Source of the DNA: Octopus sinensis
Taxonomy: Eukaryota
Assembly: GCF_006345805.1 (NCBI RefSeq)
Contig: NC_043010.1
Span: forward strand, 5,456,001-5,520,000
Length of the DNA stretch: 64,000 nt
Reading direction: 5' to 3'
A model generated the notes under the pieces. It was not told where the DNA came from and searched no databases. It saw nothing but the letters and a program-made list of their open reading frames with translations. The translations under genes and the position numbers were made by a program. How positions within the stretch are numbered: position 1 is the stretch's first letter; the number at the start of each line of letters is the position of its first letter. Positions 52,466 to 64,000 of the stretch are shown piece after piece.

Positions 52466-53471
52466 CTAAAGGTTCCTGGTTCTGGGTAAAAGAAAATACA
52501 GGAGGATGACTAGGGTGACTTTTATTCACCATATTCTCCTCTCAGATTCACACCCTTATTGAAGTGGTCCTTCAGTTTTCCTAAGCCCTGTAAAAGAACT
52601 TAGAAGGTTGGGCTTCCATCCAAGCCTTTCACCATACCTTTAAAGCCATGACTTTTTCAGCACTCCCTCATGTGCACATTAAACAACTGAAACCCATAAT
52701 GAGTCAGAGTGTAATATTAATTATTTACTATCTGAAGGATTGTATTATTACATATAGAGAGTCTGAAAAAATTGTAATCCTACACATAAACAATTACTCT
52801 TTACTCTTTTACTCTTTTACTTGTTTCAGTCATTTGACTGTGGCCATGCTGGAGCACCGCCTTTAGTCGAGCAAATCGACCCCAGGACTTATTCTTTGTA
52901 AGCCCAGTACTTATTCTATCGGTCTCTTTTGCCAAACCGCTAATTGACGGGGACGTAAACACACCAGCATCAGTTGTCAAGCAATGCTAGGGGGACAAAC
53001 ACAGACACACAAATAATCCTATACCTAGGATTATAATTTCTCATTTTCTCATTTTACTTGTTTCAGTCATTTTGACTGCGGCCATGCTGGAGCACCGCCT
53101 TTAATCGAGCAACTCGACCCCAGGACTTATTCTTTGTAAGTCCAGTACTTATTCTATCAGTCTCTTTTGCCGAACCGCTAATTGACTGCAAAAAATTATA
53201 ATCCTAGGTATAGATTGCCTGAAATGTTGAAATCTTAATCCTAATGCTATATTGTAATCTTAGAGATTCTCTGCCAGAAGAATTGTAATCTGAGACATAT
53301 ATTGTCCACCCAGATAAACTTTGTCTGGAAAAAGATGTAAAAAATGTTATAACCACTACTGAAATACCTTTGATTATAAGTCTGTTTAACTACAGCAACA
53401 GTAAGAACTTCTCATAAATAAATATAATAATTGAATATAGATTATATAAATATAAGAGCCCAAATATTTGA

Positions 53472-53908
53472 GGCACTGGAGTGGCTGTGTGGTAAGTAGC
53501 TTGTTTACCAACCAAATGGTTCCGGGTTCAGTCCCACTACTTGGCACCTTGGGCAAGTGTCTTCTACTATAGCCTCGGGCCGACCAAAGCTTGTGAGTAG
53601 ATTTGGTAGACGGAAACTGAAAGAAGCCCGTCGTATATATGTATATATATATATATATGTATATGTGTATGTGTGTGCGTGTATGTTTGTGTGACTGTGT
53701 TTGTGCCCCTAGCATTGCTTGACAACCGATGCTGGTGTGTTTACGTCCCCGTCACTTAGCGGTTCGGCAAAAGAGACCGATAGAATAAGTACTGGGCTTA
53801 CAAAAAGAATAAGCCCCGGGGTCGAGTTGCTCGACTAAAGGCGGTGCTCCAGCATGGCCACAGTCAAATGACTGAAACAAGTAAAAGAGTAAAAGAGTAA
53901 AAGAGTAT
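53472..53908 (+). mobile_element. SINE family A; minus-strand 3' halves also at 52797-53012 and 53050-53185
   Basis: Same family as 19687. Confidence 0.9.
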
Positions 53909-54286
53909 ATGACTATATTTTTTTTAATGACATGATAAATTCTTTCGCTGTACAAAACAAATATAGATGTCTACAATTATTATGAAATGATTGAAATAAC
54001 AATAGATAAAACACGATATAAATCAATCGTAATCTATTGGGGATCGACCAGAATCTATTAATAACAGCAACACAAACGACCTCTGGATGTTTTTAGTTGA
54101 CCTGCTGTTCTATAAATTAATCTAATGTTAATATAGAATACAAATTAACTCATTCTTAATATAGATTATGAATTTTTCTCCCCTTTGAATTGCATTTGTT
54201 TATGTACTATTTCAGTTAGTAATAATATAAGCATACACAACTGTATAGCTACATATATATATATACGTGTGTGTGCATATAATATA

Positions 54287-54685
54287 TCTTTATATATAAA
54301 AGTGAGGTTGTGTGCTGTCTGTCTCCTACGATTTAGATTCCTAACTACTCTCACATTTTGCGGTGCAGTGTAACCAAAACTGGGTATCTTATAGTCGTGA
54401 TTCATATCGAGCCCTTCTGGGTATTAGCGCGCATCTACGATGAGTCTACGATTTTAAAAACAATTTACCCTCATTTTTTTCCCATTTTTAATGCATTTTT
54501 CTTGCTATTATATAAGGGAAGTAACTCTCTAAAAATGTATTATTAAATCTCAGAACGTAAAAAGCAACAGTAACACCCCCTTTTGTGGTTAGCCATATTG
54601 AGATGGCTATTATACTTTACATCACTAAAACTGCTTATATAGTTATTTCCCTTACAAACCCGAGCAACGCTGGTCGATACTGCTA

Positions 54686-54686
<1 letters not shown>
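54287..54686 (+). mobile_element. Non-autonomous Helitron, same family
   Basis: a|tctttatatataaaag...cccgagcaacgctggtcgatactgctag|t. Confidence 0.85.
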
Positions 54687-54736
<50 letters not shown>

Positions 54737-54768
54737 ATATATATACATACATATATATATATACACAC

Positions 54769-54805
<37 letters not shown>

Positions 54806-54829
54806 TATATATAATATATATATATTATG

Positions 54830-55253
54830 TGAAATAGAAAGATGAATAATCTTGTAGCAGATTAATCAAAAGTTTAACCGATACCTTGGTAGCAAAAATC
54901 ACAGCAGAAGACAGCACGGTTGGAGGTACAACCATATGGTGTTGCAACCGTGCGTTGGTGCGGATAATTGAAATTAAAATATTATTGGTGAATTGAAGAA
55001 ATGGAGCTGAACGAAGATTGAACAGAAATCGTTTTATTTCATTCTACACGTGTTTCGAAAGGCACAATTTACCAAAATCCGATTGAATAATGAGACCATA
55101 TGTGTCTTTCTCTTCAGGAAGAATAGGAAATCCGTTGGAAAAACAAAAACAGAACAGAGGCGGAGCAAAACAAATCGAAACACGTGTAGAATGAAATAAA
55201 ACGATTTCTGTTCAATCTTCGTTCAGCTCCATTTCTTCAATTCACCAATAATA
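54830..55253 (-). mobile_element. Penelope-like remnant with a perfect 79-bp inverted repeat
   Basis: 54980-55058 is the exact reverse complement of 55175-55253. Hammerhead d overlaps the left arm. The left boundary is approximate. Confidence 0.65.
55040..55126 (-). ncRNA. Type I hammerhead ribozyme with long helix II insertion (family d)
   Basis: Minus strand: UUC-CUGAAGA-GAAAGACAC...(36 nt)...GUGCCUUUC-GAAAC-ACGU-GUA/GAAUG. Helix III is the perfect palindrome ACACGUGU. Predicted cut between 55045 and 55044. Confidence 0.75.
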
Positions 55254-55275
55254 TATATATATATATGTATATATA

Positions 55276-55325
<50 letters not shown>

Positions 55326-55326
55326 T

Positions 55327-55390
<64 letters not shown>

Positions 55391-55534
55391 ATTTAGATAT
55401 ATATCTATAGGTGTAAAAAGGTTGAATGTAGATTTATCCTTTAATTTAGACGTTTCCAGAAAAGATTTCTAATGCTGATTCTTCATATTTTGCCGGTAGT
55501 TTACAGCATAAATTTGCGAAAATATGAAAGTAAT

Positions 55535-55727
55535 ACTTGTATATGGTGTGTGGTGAATTTATGGAAAGAAGTTCCACAAGACTCATCAATTTGGTTAAAA
55601 ATGGAGAAGACAAACTGTTAAAAGATATAAGAGAATTCTCTTATATATTTGTCTTCTCCATTTTTAACTAAATTGATGGTTTTTATGGAGTCTCTTTCCA
55701 TAAATTCGACACACATCATATACAAGT
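55535..55727. repeat. Loop-less imperfect palindrome of about 190 bp
   Basis: Centred on tataagagaattctcttata; the arms pair out to acttgtatat and atatacaagt. Confidence 0.85.
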
Positions 55728-55850
55728 GTGTGTGTGTATATATATATATATGTATATAGTTAATCCAAACATGAAAACACAAAGAGAAAACACGTGAGGA
55801 TGTGGAACAAGTATAGTATTATTGGATGCTAAGGAAAGGAAGGAAAGAAG

Positions 55851-55891
55851 GGGGATTTAACGTTTCGAGCAGAGCTCTTCGTCAGAAACAT
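55851..55891 (-). ncRNA. Minimal hammerhead motif (family b) in a Penelope-like remnant spanning about 55765-55945
   Basis: GUUU-CUGACGA-A-GAGC(UCU)GCUC-GAAACGU-U/AAAU. Palindromic AACGUU helix III; helix I is only 4 bp. Confidence 0.7.
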
Positions 55892-55942
55892 AGGAAAAGG
55901 AAAGATCCAATGAAGGGAAGACGGAGGAAAAAAATTGCCAAC

Positions 55943-55986
<44 letters not shown>

Positions 55987-55994
55987 TAATTTAG

Positions 55995-56398
55995 GAGTGG
56001 CTGTGTAGTAAGTAGCTTGCTTACCAACCACATGGTTCTGGGTTCAGTCCCATTGCATGGCACCTAGGGCAAGTGTCTTCTACTATGGCCTCGAGGCGAC
56101 CAAAGCCTTGTGAGTGGATTTGGTAGACCGAAACTGAAAGAAGACCTTCGTATATATGTATATATATGTGTGTGTGTGTTTGTGTGTCTGTGTTTGTCCT
56201 CCCAACATTGCTTGAAAACCGATGCTGGTGTGTTTACGTCCCCGTAACTTAGAGGTTCGGCAAAAGAGACTGTTAGAATAAGTACTAGGCTTACAAAGAA
56301 TAAGTCCTGGGGTCGATTTGCTCGATTAAAGGCGGTGCCCCAGGATGGCCACAGTCAAATGACTGAAACAAGTAAAAGAGTAGAAGAATAAAAGAGTA
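55995..56398 (+). mobile_element. SINE family A; minus-strand partial at 56472-56630. Further copies at 28477-28760(+), 33405-33750(-), 46068-46475(+), 51334-51722(+)
   Basis: Same family as 19687. Confidence 0.88.
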
Positions 56399-56433
56399 TA
56401 TATATATATATACTCTTTTACTCAGTTTCCGTC

Positions 56434-56472
<39 letters not shown>

Positions 56473-57500
56473 CTCTTTTACTCTTTTACTCTTTTACTTG
56501 TTTCAGTCATGTGGCTGTGGCCATCCTGGAGCACCGCCTTTAGTCAAGCAAATCGACCCCAGGACTTATTCTTTGTAAGCCTAGTACTTATTCTATCGGT
56601 CTCTTTTGCAGAACCGCTAAGTTACGGGGACATATATATATATATATATATATGTATATTTATATATGTATGTATATATGTTGGATTTCTGAACAATTCT
56701 TTCTATTTGCCAATACACACCAGCGAGATCTAACAGCCACGGAGCTGTGAAGTGAAATTCTGCACCTCACAGAGAAGCTTTAGGAAAGAAGCCTTGTTAT
56801 ATAGGAGAAAAAAAACAAACACACTCAATATCAACACTGGAGGCAGGGAGAGTAATGAGTAATACTTCAGTTGTTGGTTTATGTTTAAAGGTAGAGGAGT
56901 TTATGAGATTTGTAATGATTCATAAAATCTCATTGATCATAGGAAGAAATATATTTGTTTGCAAGTAGAGTAAATAGCTCTGTATTTCTTTTTTTGCTTT
57001 CATTTTTACAATCATTTTCTAGCCTCACACAAAAATGAAATCTCTAGAAACGAAAAGAATTTATGTGAAGTTAGACATCAGTTGTTTTACAGTTAGAATG
57101 TTAGAATTTATGCATTTCTTTTATCGCTAGACATGTAAGAAATATCATGGGATTTGCTTGCAGACACACAAACTCTGCTTATAGAAAGGAGACTTTAAAT
57201 ACATCCATGAACCGTAGTTCTGTATAGTTCTCTCTTGATGCAGGGCATTAATTCAACTGTGGCTATTAGGTACCTTTGATAGACATACTATCTAGCTATC
57301 TATTTATTTGTTTAGTTGTTTATTTTTGCTTTTATTTGTTTATTTATTTGTTTGTTTATTTTTTCTTTTATTTGTTTTATTTATTTATGCCAATATGGTA
57401 ATGACTCTAAACTTAGAAAGTACACGTTTCTGTTGTTGGTATTCACAAATAGATAATTAATAATAATGTTGATGGTGATGATGATAATAATAATAATAAT

Positions 57501-57553
<53 letters not shown>

Positions 57554-57584
57554 TAAAAATAACAACATCAACAACAAGAACAAG

Positions 57585-57669
<85 letters not shown>

Positions 57670-57751
57670 TTAATGGTGATGCTGAGGAGAATGATGATGA
57701 TGATGAGGATTACAACTATGATGATGATGATGATGATGATGATGATAATAA

Positions 57752-58470
57752 GGACCAATTCTATGATGTGCAAAATTGACAATGCTGCCAATAGTGAGAA
57801 ATGCAGAATGTGTGGTGAGAGGGGTAAAATGGTATGGCACAGCGTTAATGAATGCTCGAAATTGGCAAAATGTGAATATAAATGATGCCATGACAATGTG
57901 GCAAGAATGATCCATTGGGAGCTCTGTGGAAATCCCAGCCTACAAATAGCAAAGACGTGGTATGAGAAAACCCCAGAAGGAGTCACCAAAAAGGAGGATT
58001 GCAAAATACTGTGGGGTGTAATGATCCAGTGCGATCACCTGACCAGACATAAGAAACTAGACATTATTGTAGTAAAAAAAAAAAAGAGAAGAACGTGTAT
58101 GATAATCGATATTGCATGCCCCAGTGACAACAGGATCAATGTGAAAGAGGAAATAAAAATAAACAACTATGATGATTTAAAGTGGAAATAAGAAGGTTGT
58201 GGTCAATGAAGAGAGTAGACGTGATACCAATAGTAATTGGTGCATTTGGATGTATCAGCACTCAACTACCAACATGGCTGAGAAAGATTGGTGCAAGTGT
58301 GTAGGTAGAACCCCTACAAAAATCAGTATTGCTTGGAACTGCAAGAATTTTTTGCAGGGTTCTTGAAGCATGACCAGTAAACAAGTGTCACCTTAGTATG
58401 CAGGCTGTGGACAGCTGACACTTTCTATTATACCCAGCAAAATAAGCTGTAGAGATTTCATATTATGCTG
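57752..58470 (+). mobile_element. 5'-truncated R4/Dong-like non-LTR retrotransposon (CCHC knuckle plus restriction-like endonuclease)
   Basis: CRMCGERGKMVWHSVNEC, ILWGVMIQCDH...KLDIIVV...IIDIACP...VIPIVIGAFG...LLGTARIF; embedded between (GAT/AAT)n and (AAT)n. Confidence 0.88.
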
Positions 58471-58493
58471 ATCATGATAATAATAATATTAAT

Positions 58494-58557
<64 letters not shown>

Positions 58558-58558
<1 letters not shown>

Positions 58559-59110
58559 CCTGATGCAGTACCAGGCAGTGGCTCTCATGGCTTCTGATCT
58601 TAACTGATTGGAAGTGTTATCATGTACATTGTTTTGTCTTGGTATAAAAGATGGGCTACAGCAAATATTCTGCTCAATACCACAGATTTGCTTGTCAGTT
58701 GTTTGACCTTAACCAGTTGACCATGTCCCTTAGTGGCTGATGATATGTGCATCTCTGATCACGAGTAGAAGTAGTGGGGGAGCATCATAGCCATGTGTTG
58801 AGAGGGATTCTTTGGGGTTTGAATAATTCACCTCTGGATACTTGGGTGTTTCATTCAACATCCTTAAACAACCCTTACTCAGGGACCTTTTGAGCAGGAT
58901 GGGTTACTCGACCAGAAGAAAATTCTAACTGGGCCCCACCTACAAGGTCATGTGCTGTTTATCTTGATATGAGATCATCATGTCGCACACATATGGTTGT
59001 GATGCATGTGCCTGGTGTACCCTTATCAGACGGGTAGTCATGATGGGTATACTGGGCTTTGTATATTTTACCCCAGTGTCACTTTCATGGCATGCACTGC
59101 TCTCTCACTC
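58558..59110 (+). mobile_element. Unclassified ~550-bp interspersed repeat (family E); other copies at 4151-4694, 59934-60472, 61301-61840 and partial 2417-2587
   Basis: Five mutually similar copies. The four long ones are bracketed by (AAT)n; no tRNA head or ORF recognised; strand is inferred. Confidence 0.8.
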
Positions 59111-59139
59111 AATAATAATAATAATAATGATAATAATGA

Positions 59140-59170
<31 letters not shown>

Positions 59171-59843
59171 AAACCCTACACACTATCCAAGAAATAGCCC
59201 TGCTAGGAACTGCTTACATCCTAAGCAAGACACTATCAATTCAATAATACAACACAAACAAAACAATTCAGAAACACAAGACATGCTCTATATATCAAAT
59301 ATCCAATAAAATAAACAACCACTGCAGGCTGGAAAAACCTGATGCATTACACACACAACTCACAATACAAGGCATTGATAGAACAAAAGACTGCACCGGA
59401 CCCCATAACAAAAGAAACTGATGCAATACAATATCGGAAAAAGTTTGCACTACCCCAGTGCACAATGCTGGACACACACCAGTAACAAGAAGGTGTTGCA
59501 GGTGATGCAGTAGAAATTTGCTTAAAACTACCAAACATTGAACTATAATAATAACAATGAGGATAATAATGATAATTACAATAACAGCAATAATAATGGT
59601 TTCAAATTTTGTCACAAGGGCAGCAGTTTTTTTTGGGGGGGGAGGCGGAATGAGTCGATGTAATTGACACTGACAGGAAGAAAGACAAAGTCAACATTGG
59701 CAGGATTTGAACTCAGAACATAGCAACGAGCAGAATACTGTTAAGCACTTTGCCCGGCATGGTAACGATTCAGCCCGCTCACCACCTTGATGATGATGAT
59801 GATGATGATGATGATGACAACGATGACGATGATGATGATAATG

Positions 59844-59878
<35 letters not shown>

Positions 59879-59891
59879 GATGATGATGATG

Positions 59892-59931
<40 letters not shown>

Positions 59932-60504
59932 ATGCCCTGATGCAGTATCAGGCAGTGTCTCTCATGGCTTCTGATCTTAACTGATTGTACATTGTTTTGT
60001 CTTGGTATAAAAGATGGGCTACAGCAAATATTCTGCTCAATATAACAGATTTGCTTGTCAGTTGTTTGAACTTAACCAGTTGTGCATGTCCCTTAGAGGC
60101 TGACAATATGTGCATCTCTGATCACGAGCAGAAGTAGTGGGGGAGCATCACAGCCATGTGTTGAAAGGGATTCTTTAAGGTTTGAATAATTCACCTCTGG
60201 AAACATGGGTGTTTCATTCAACATCCTTAAACAACCCTTATTCAGGGACCTTTTGAGTAGGATGGGCTACTCAACCAGAAGAAAATTCTAACTAGGCCCC
60301 ACCTGCAAGGTCATGTGCTGTTATCTTGATATGAGATCACCATGTCACGCACATATGGTTGTGATGCATGTGCCTAGAGTACCCTTATCAGATGGATGGT
60401 CATGATGGGCATACGGGGCTTCGTATATTTTACCCCAGTGTCACTTTGATGGCATGCACTGCTCTCTCACTCAATAATAATAATAATAATAATGATAATA
60501 ATGA

Positions 60505-60535
<31 letters not shown>

Positions 60536-61154
60536 AAACCCTACACACTATCCAAGAAATAGCCCTGCTAGGAACTGCTTACATCCTAAGCAAGACACTA
60601 TCAATTCAATAATACAACACAAACAAAACAATTCAGAAACACAAGACATGCTCTATATATCAAATATCCAATAAAATAAACAACCACTGCAGGCTGGAAA
60701 AACCTGATGCATTACACACACAACTCACAATACAAGGCATTGATAGAACAAAAGACTGCACCGGACCCCATAACAAAAGAAACTGATGCAATACAATATC
60801 GGAAAAAGTTTGCACTACCCCAAGTGCACAATGCTGGACACACACCAGTAACAAGAAGGTGTTGCAGGTGATGCAGTAGAAATTTGCTTAAAACTACCAA
60901 ACATTGAACTATAATAATAACAATGAGGATAATAATGATAATTACAATAACAGCAATAATAATGGTTTCAAATTTTGTCACAAGGGCAGCAGTTTTTTTT
61001 GGGGGGGGGAGGCGGAATGAGTCGATGTAATTGACACTGACAGGAAGAAAGACAAAGTCAACATTGGCAGGATTTGAACTCAGAACATAGCAACGAGCAG
61101 AATACTGTTAAGCACTTTGCCCGGCATGGTAACGATTCAGCCCGCTCACCACCT

Positions 61155-61185
<31 letters not shown>

Positions 61186-61210
61186 AACGATGACGATGAT
61201 GATGATAATG

Positions 61211-61245
<35 letters not shown>

Positions 61246-61258
61246 GATGATGATGATG

Positions 61259-61298
<40 letters not shown>

Positions 61299-61840
61299 AT
61301 GCCCTGATGCAGTATCAGGCAGTGTCTCTCATGGCTTCTGATCTTAACTGATTGTACATTGTTTTGTCTTGGTATAAAAGATGGGCTACAGCAAATATTC
61401 TGCTCAATATAACAGATTTGCTTGTCAGTTGTTTGACCTTAACCAGTTGAGCATGTCCCTTAGTGGCTGACGATATGTGCATCTCTGATCACGAGCAGAA
61501 GTAGTGGGGGAGCATCACAGCCATGTGTTGAAAGGGATTCTTTAAGGTTTGAATAATTCACCTCTGGAAACATGGGTGTTTCATTCAACATCCTTAAACA
61601 ACCCTTATTCAGGGACCTTTTGAGTAGGATGGGCTACTCAACCAGAAGAAAATTCTAACTAGGCCCCACCTGCAAGGTCATGTGCTGTTTATCTTGATAT
61701 GAGATCACCATGTCACGCACATATGGTTGTGATGCATGTGCCTAGAGTACCCTTATCAGATGGATGGTCATGATGGGCATACGGGGCTTCGTATATTTTA
61801 CCCCAGTGTCACTTTGATGGCATGCACTGCTCTCTCACTC
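59111..61840. repeat. Tandem segmental duplication, two units of about 1.365 kb (59111-60472 and 60473-61840)
   Basis: Constant offset of 1365-1367; each unit is Dong 3' end, SINE F, microsatellite and family E. Confidence 0.92.
59171..59545 (+). mobile_element. 3' end of an R4/Dong-like LINE; duplicated at 60536-60910
   Basis: TIQEIALLGTAYILSKTLSIQ* plus a long 3' UTR ending in (ATA)n. Confidence 0.8.
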
Positions 61841-62099
61841 AATAATAATAATAATAACAATAATAATAATAACAATAATAATAATAATGATAATAATAAT
61901 AATGATAATAACAATAATGATAATAATAAGAACAACGACAACAACAATAACAGAGATAGTAATTTTGCCGATATTAATGCTACTATATGTTGTAGTTGTA
62001 ATGATAATGATGGTGGTGTTGATGGTAGTGGTAATTGCTATAATAACAGTGAAAGTATGTCAGGTCACTTTCAGTGCTACTGATAACATGTAATTCTAT

Positions 62100-64000
62100 A
62101 CAACTTGTCACACAGTCTGGTAACCCTACCAAGCACTTGCCTGGTAGGAAGAGTAATTAGGGAATGAAAAATCAGTTGTTAATTGATAATCTAATTATCA
62201 GAAACTGCAAGAGAAGACACACAAACCTGAGTATGGCATGGATTGACTATCATAAAGAATATGATATGATATGATATCACACTCCTGGATAACAAGAACC
62301 ATGGAAATGTATGGAATAGCATAAAACATGAGAAGCCTTATATGGAACAGTATGAAATGTTGGAGAACTGAAATGTCAGCAAGGAATTAGGTATCAGGAG
62401 AGGTGAAAATCAAGAGAGGAATCTTCCAGGGAGACAGTGTGTCCCCACTGATCTTTGTGATCTTTGCTTGCAGACACACAAACTCTGCTTATAGAAAGGA
62501 GACTTTAAATACATCCAAGAACCATAGTTCTGTATAGTTTTCTCTTGATGCAGGGCATTAATTCAACTGTGGCTATTAGGTACCTTTGATAGACATACTA
62601 TCTAGCTATCTATCCATTTGTTTATTTGTTTACTTTTTTCTTTTATTTGTTTATTTATTTGTTTGTTTATTTTTCTTTTATTTGTTTTATTTATTTATGC
62701 CAATATGGTAATGACTCTAAACTTAGAAAGTACACGTTTCTGTTGTTGGTATTCATAAATAGATAATTAATAATAATGATGATGGTGATGATGATAATAA
62801 TAATAATAATAATAATTATAATAATAATTATAATAATAATTATAATAATAATTATAATTCATTAAGGTTCGGATAATTCACCTCTGGAAATGATCCTCTT
62901 GAGTGAAATAGTATTGAAGACAAAGTTGGGGTTTGATCTGAAAGAAGTAAGGGAAATCTGAACCACTTCCTATCTATGGATGACTTGAAGTTGTTTACAA
63001 AAAGTGAGGCAGAACTGGACAACCTAGTCCTGTCTGTGTGGATTTTCTCAAATGATATCAAAATGGAGTTTGGACTCTCGAAATGTGCAACAATGGTGAT
63101 GAGACAAGAAAAGCTTGTCAGGACAGAAGGCATATATATGCCAAGTGGTGATGAAGGCAATTGAACCTGAATTCGGTTATAAATACCTGGGAATACTCAA
63201 AACAGATGGAATTAAACACAACGATATGGAAGGAAAGACAAAGAAAAAGTACCTGCAGTGAGTGAGAAAAATATTGACTTAAAAGCTGAATGCCAGATAT
63301 GTAATTTCGGCAATAAACTCTCACACAGTCACAGAAGTTTGGTATGGCACTGGAATCCTGAAGTGGACAGAAAAGAAAAAGGAGATGGACAAGAAAACAA
63401 GCAAGATCCTAACGATGCAGGAAGCTCATCATCCACATTCGCACACGGATCGTCTGTCCATGAAGAGAGCAAAGGGACACCTGTAAGTGTGGAAGACTGT
63501 GTACGTATTGAGCTCAGGAGCATAATGAGATACCTATCTCAAAGTAAGGAAACTTGCTAGTGTCAGTTAGCAATGGGAGAGTATTGAAAGTAGAGAAAAA
63601 AGGGAAATCAAAGGAAGAAGTACATGAAGAAATATTACACAACAAGGAACTACACAATTAATTTCCTGTAGCCACACCTGAAGTTGCTGGAAAACAGGAG
63701 AAACTGGCTGAAGAAAAGAACACTAAAAAAGAAACTGGCAGCACTGTACTGGAAGTGCAAGACCAAGCTTTGACCAAGAATTGGAGGGTCAACCTTAGAA
63801 ATGAGCAAGTGTCTCTGCTGTGCCTCGTTTGTAATAGAATGAACAAAACCATTGGTCATATCATCAATGAATGCCCTAGACTTACCCAAAACTATGACAA
63901 GTTGTGGTTACATGATGAGGTAGTGAAAGTGCTACACTAGAAACTGTGTGAAAAGTGGGGGATAGAAAGAGGCAAAATGTGGTATGAGCACAAACCGCAG
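62100..64000 (+). mobile_element. Decayed R4/Dong-like LINE (RT to zinc knuckle), interrupted at 62463-62890 and running off the window
   Basis: [47 protein letters not shown] and CLVCNRMNKTIGHIINECP. Confidence 0.9.

Overview
AT-rich eukaryotic genomic DNA dominated by repeats. The SINE families and microsatellite load suggest a cephalopod, most likely Octopus; this is an inference from recognising the repeats, not from a database search. There is no prokaryotic gene content, no CRISPR array and no genuine tRNA or rRNA gene. Most ORF-track entries are translations of microsatellites or repeats. The host gene content I can support is three phase-1-linked 3' exons of a minus-strand gene (35396-35298, 29329-29144, 28288-28038) encoding a Tyr/Pro-rich, receptor-tail-like C-terminus. 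The rest is tRNA-derived SINEs, decayed LINEs (RTE, CR1, R4/Dong-like in (TAA)n), DNA transposon relics (mariner, maT DD37D, an intron-containing pogo, piggyBac-like and other MITEs), non-autonomous Helitrons and tandem arrays. The main discovery-level signal is at least four sequence-distinct families of minimal type I hammerhead ribozymes with palindromic helix III. They sit in Penelope/retrozyme-like non-coding elements, two with inverted-duplication architecture, and one family has a fixed CUGUNGA core variant. Also notable are a 78-bp array that multiplies the host 3' splice site next to a Helitron end, and a locally templated complex insertion inside a Dong RT.
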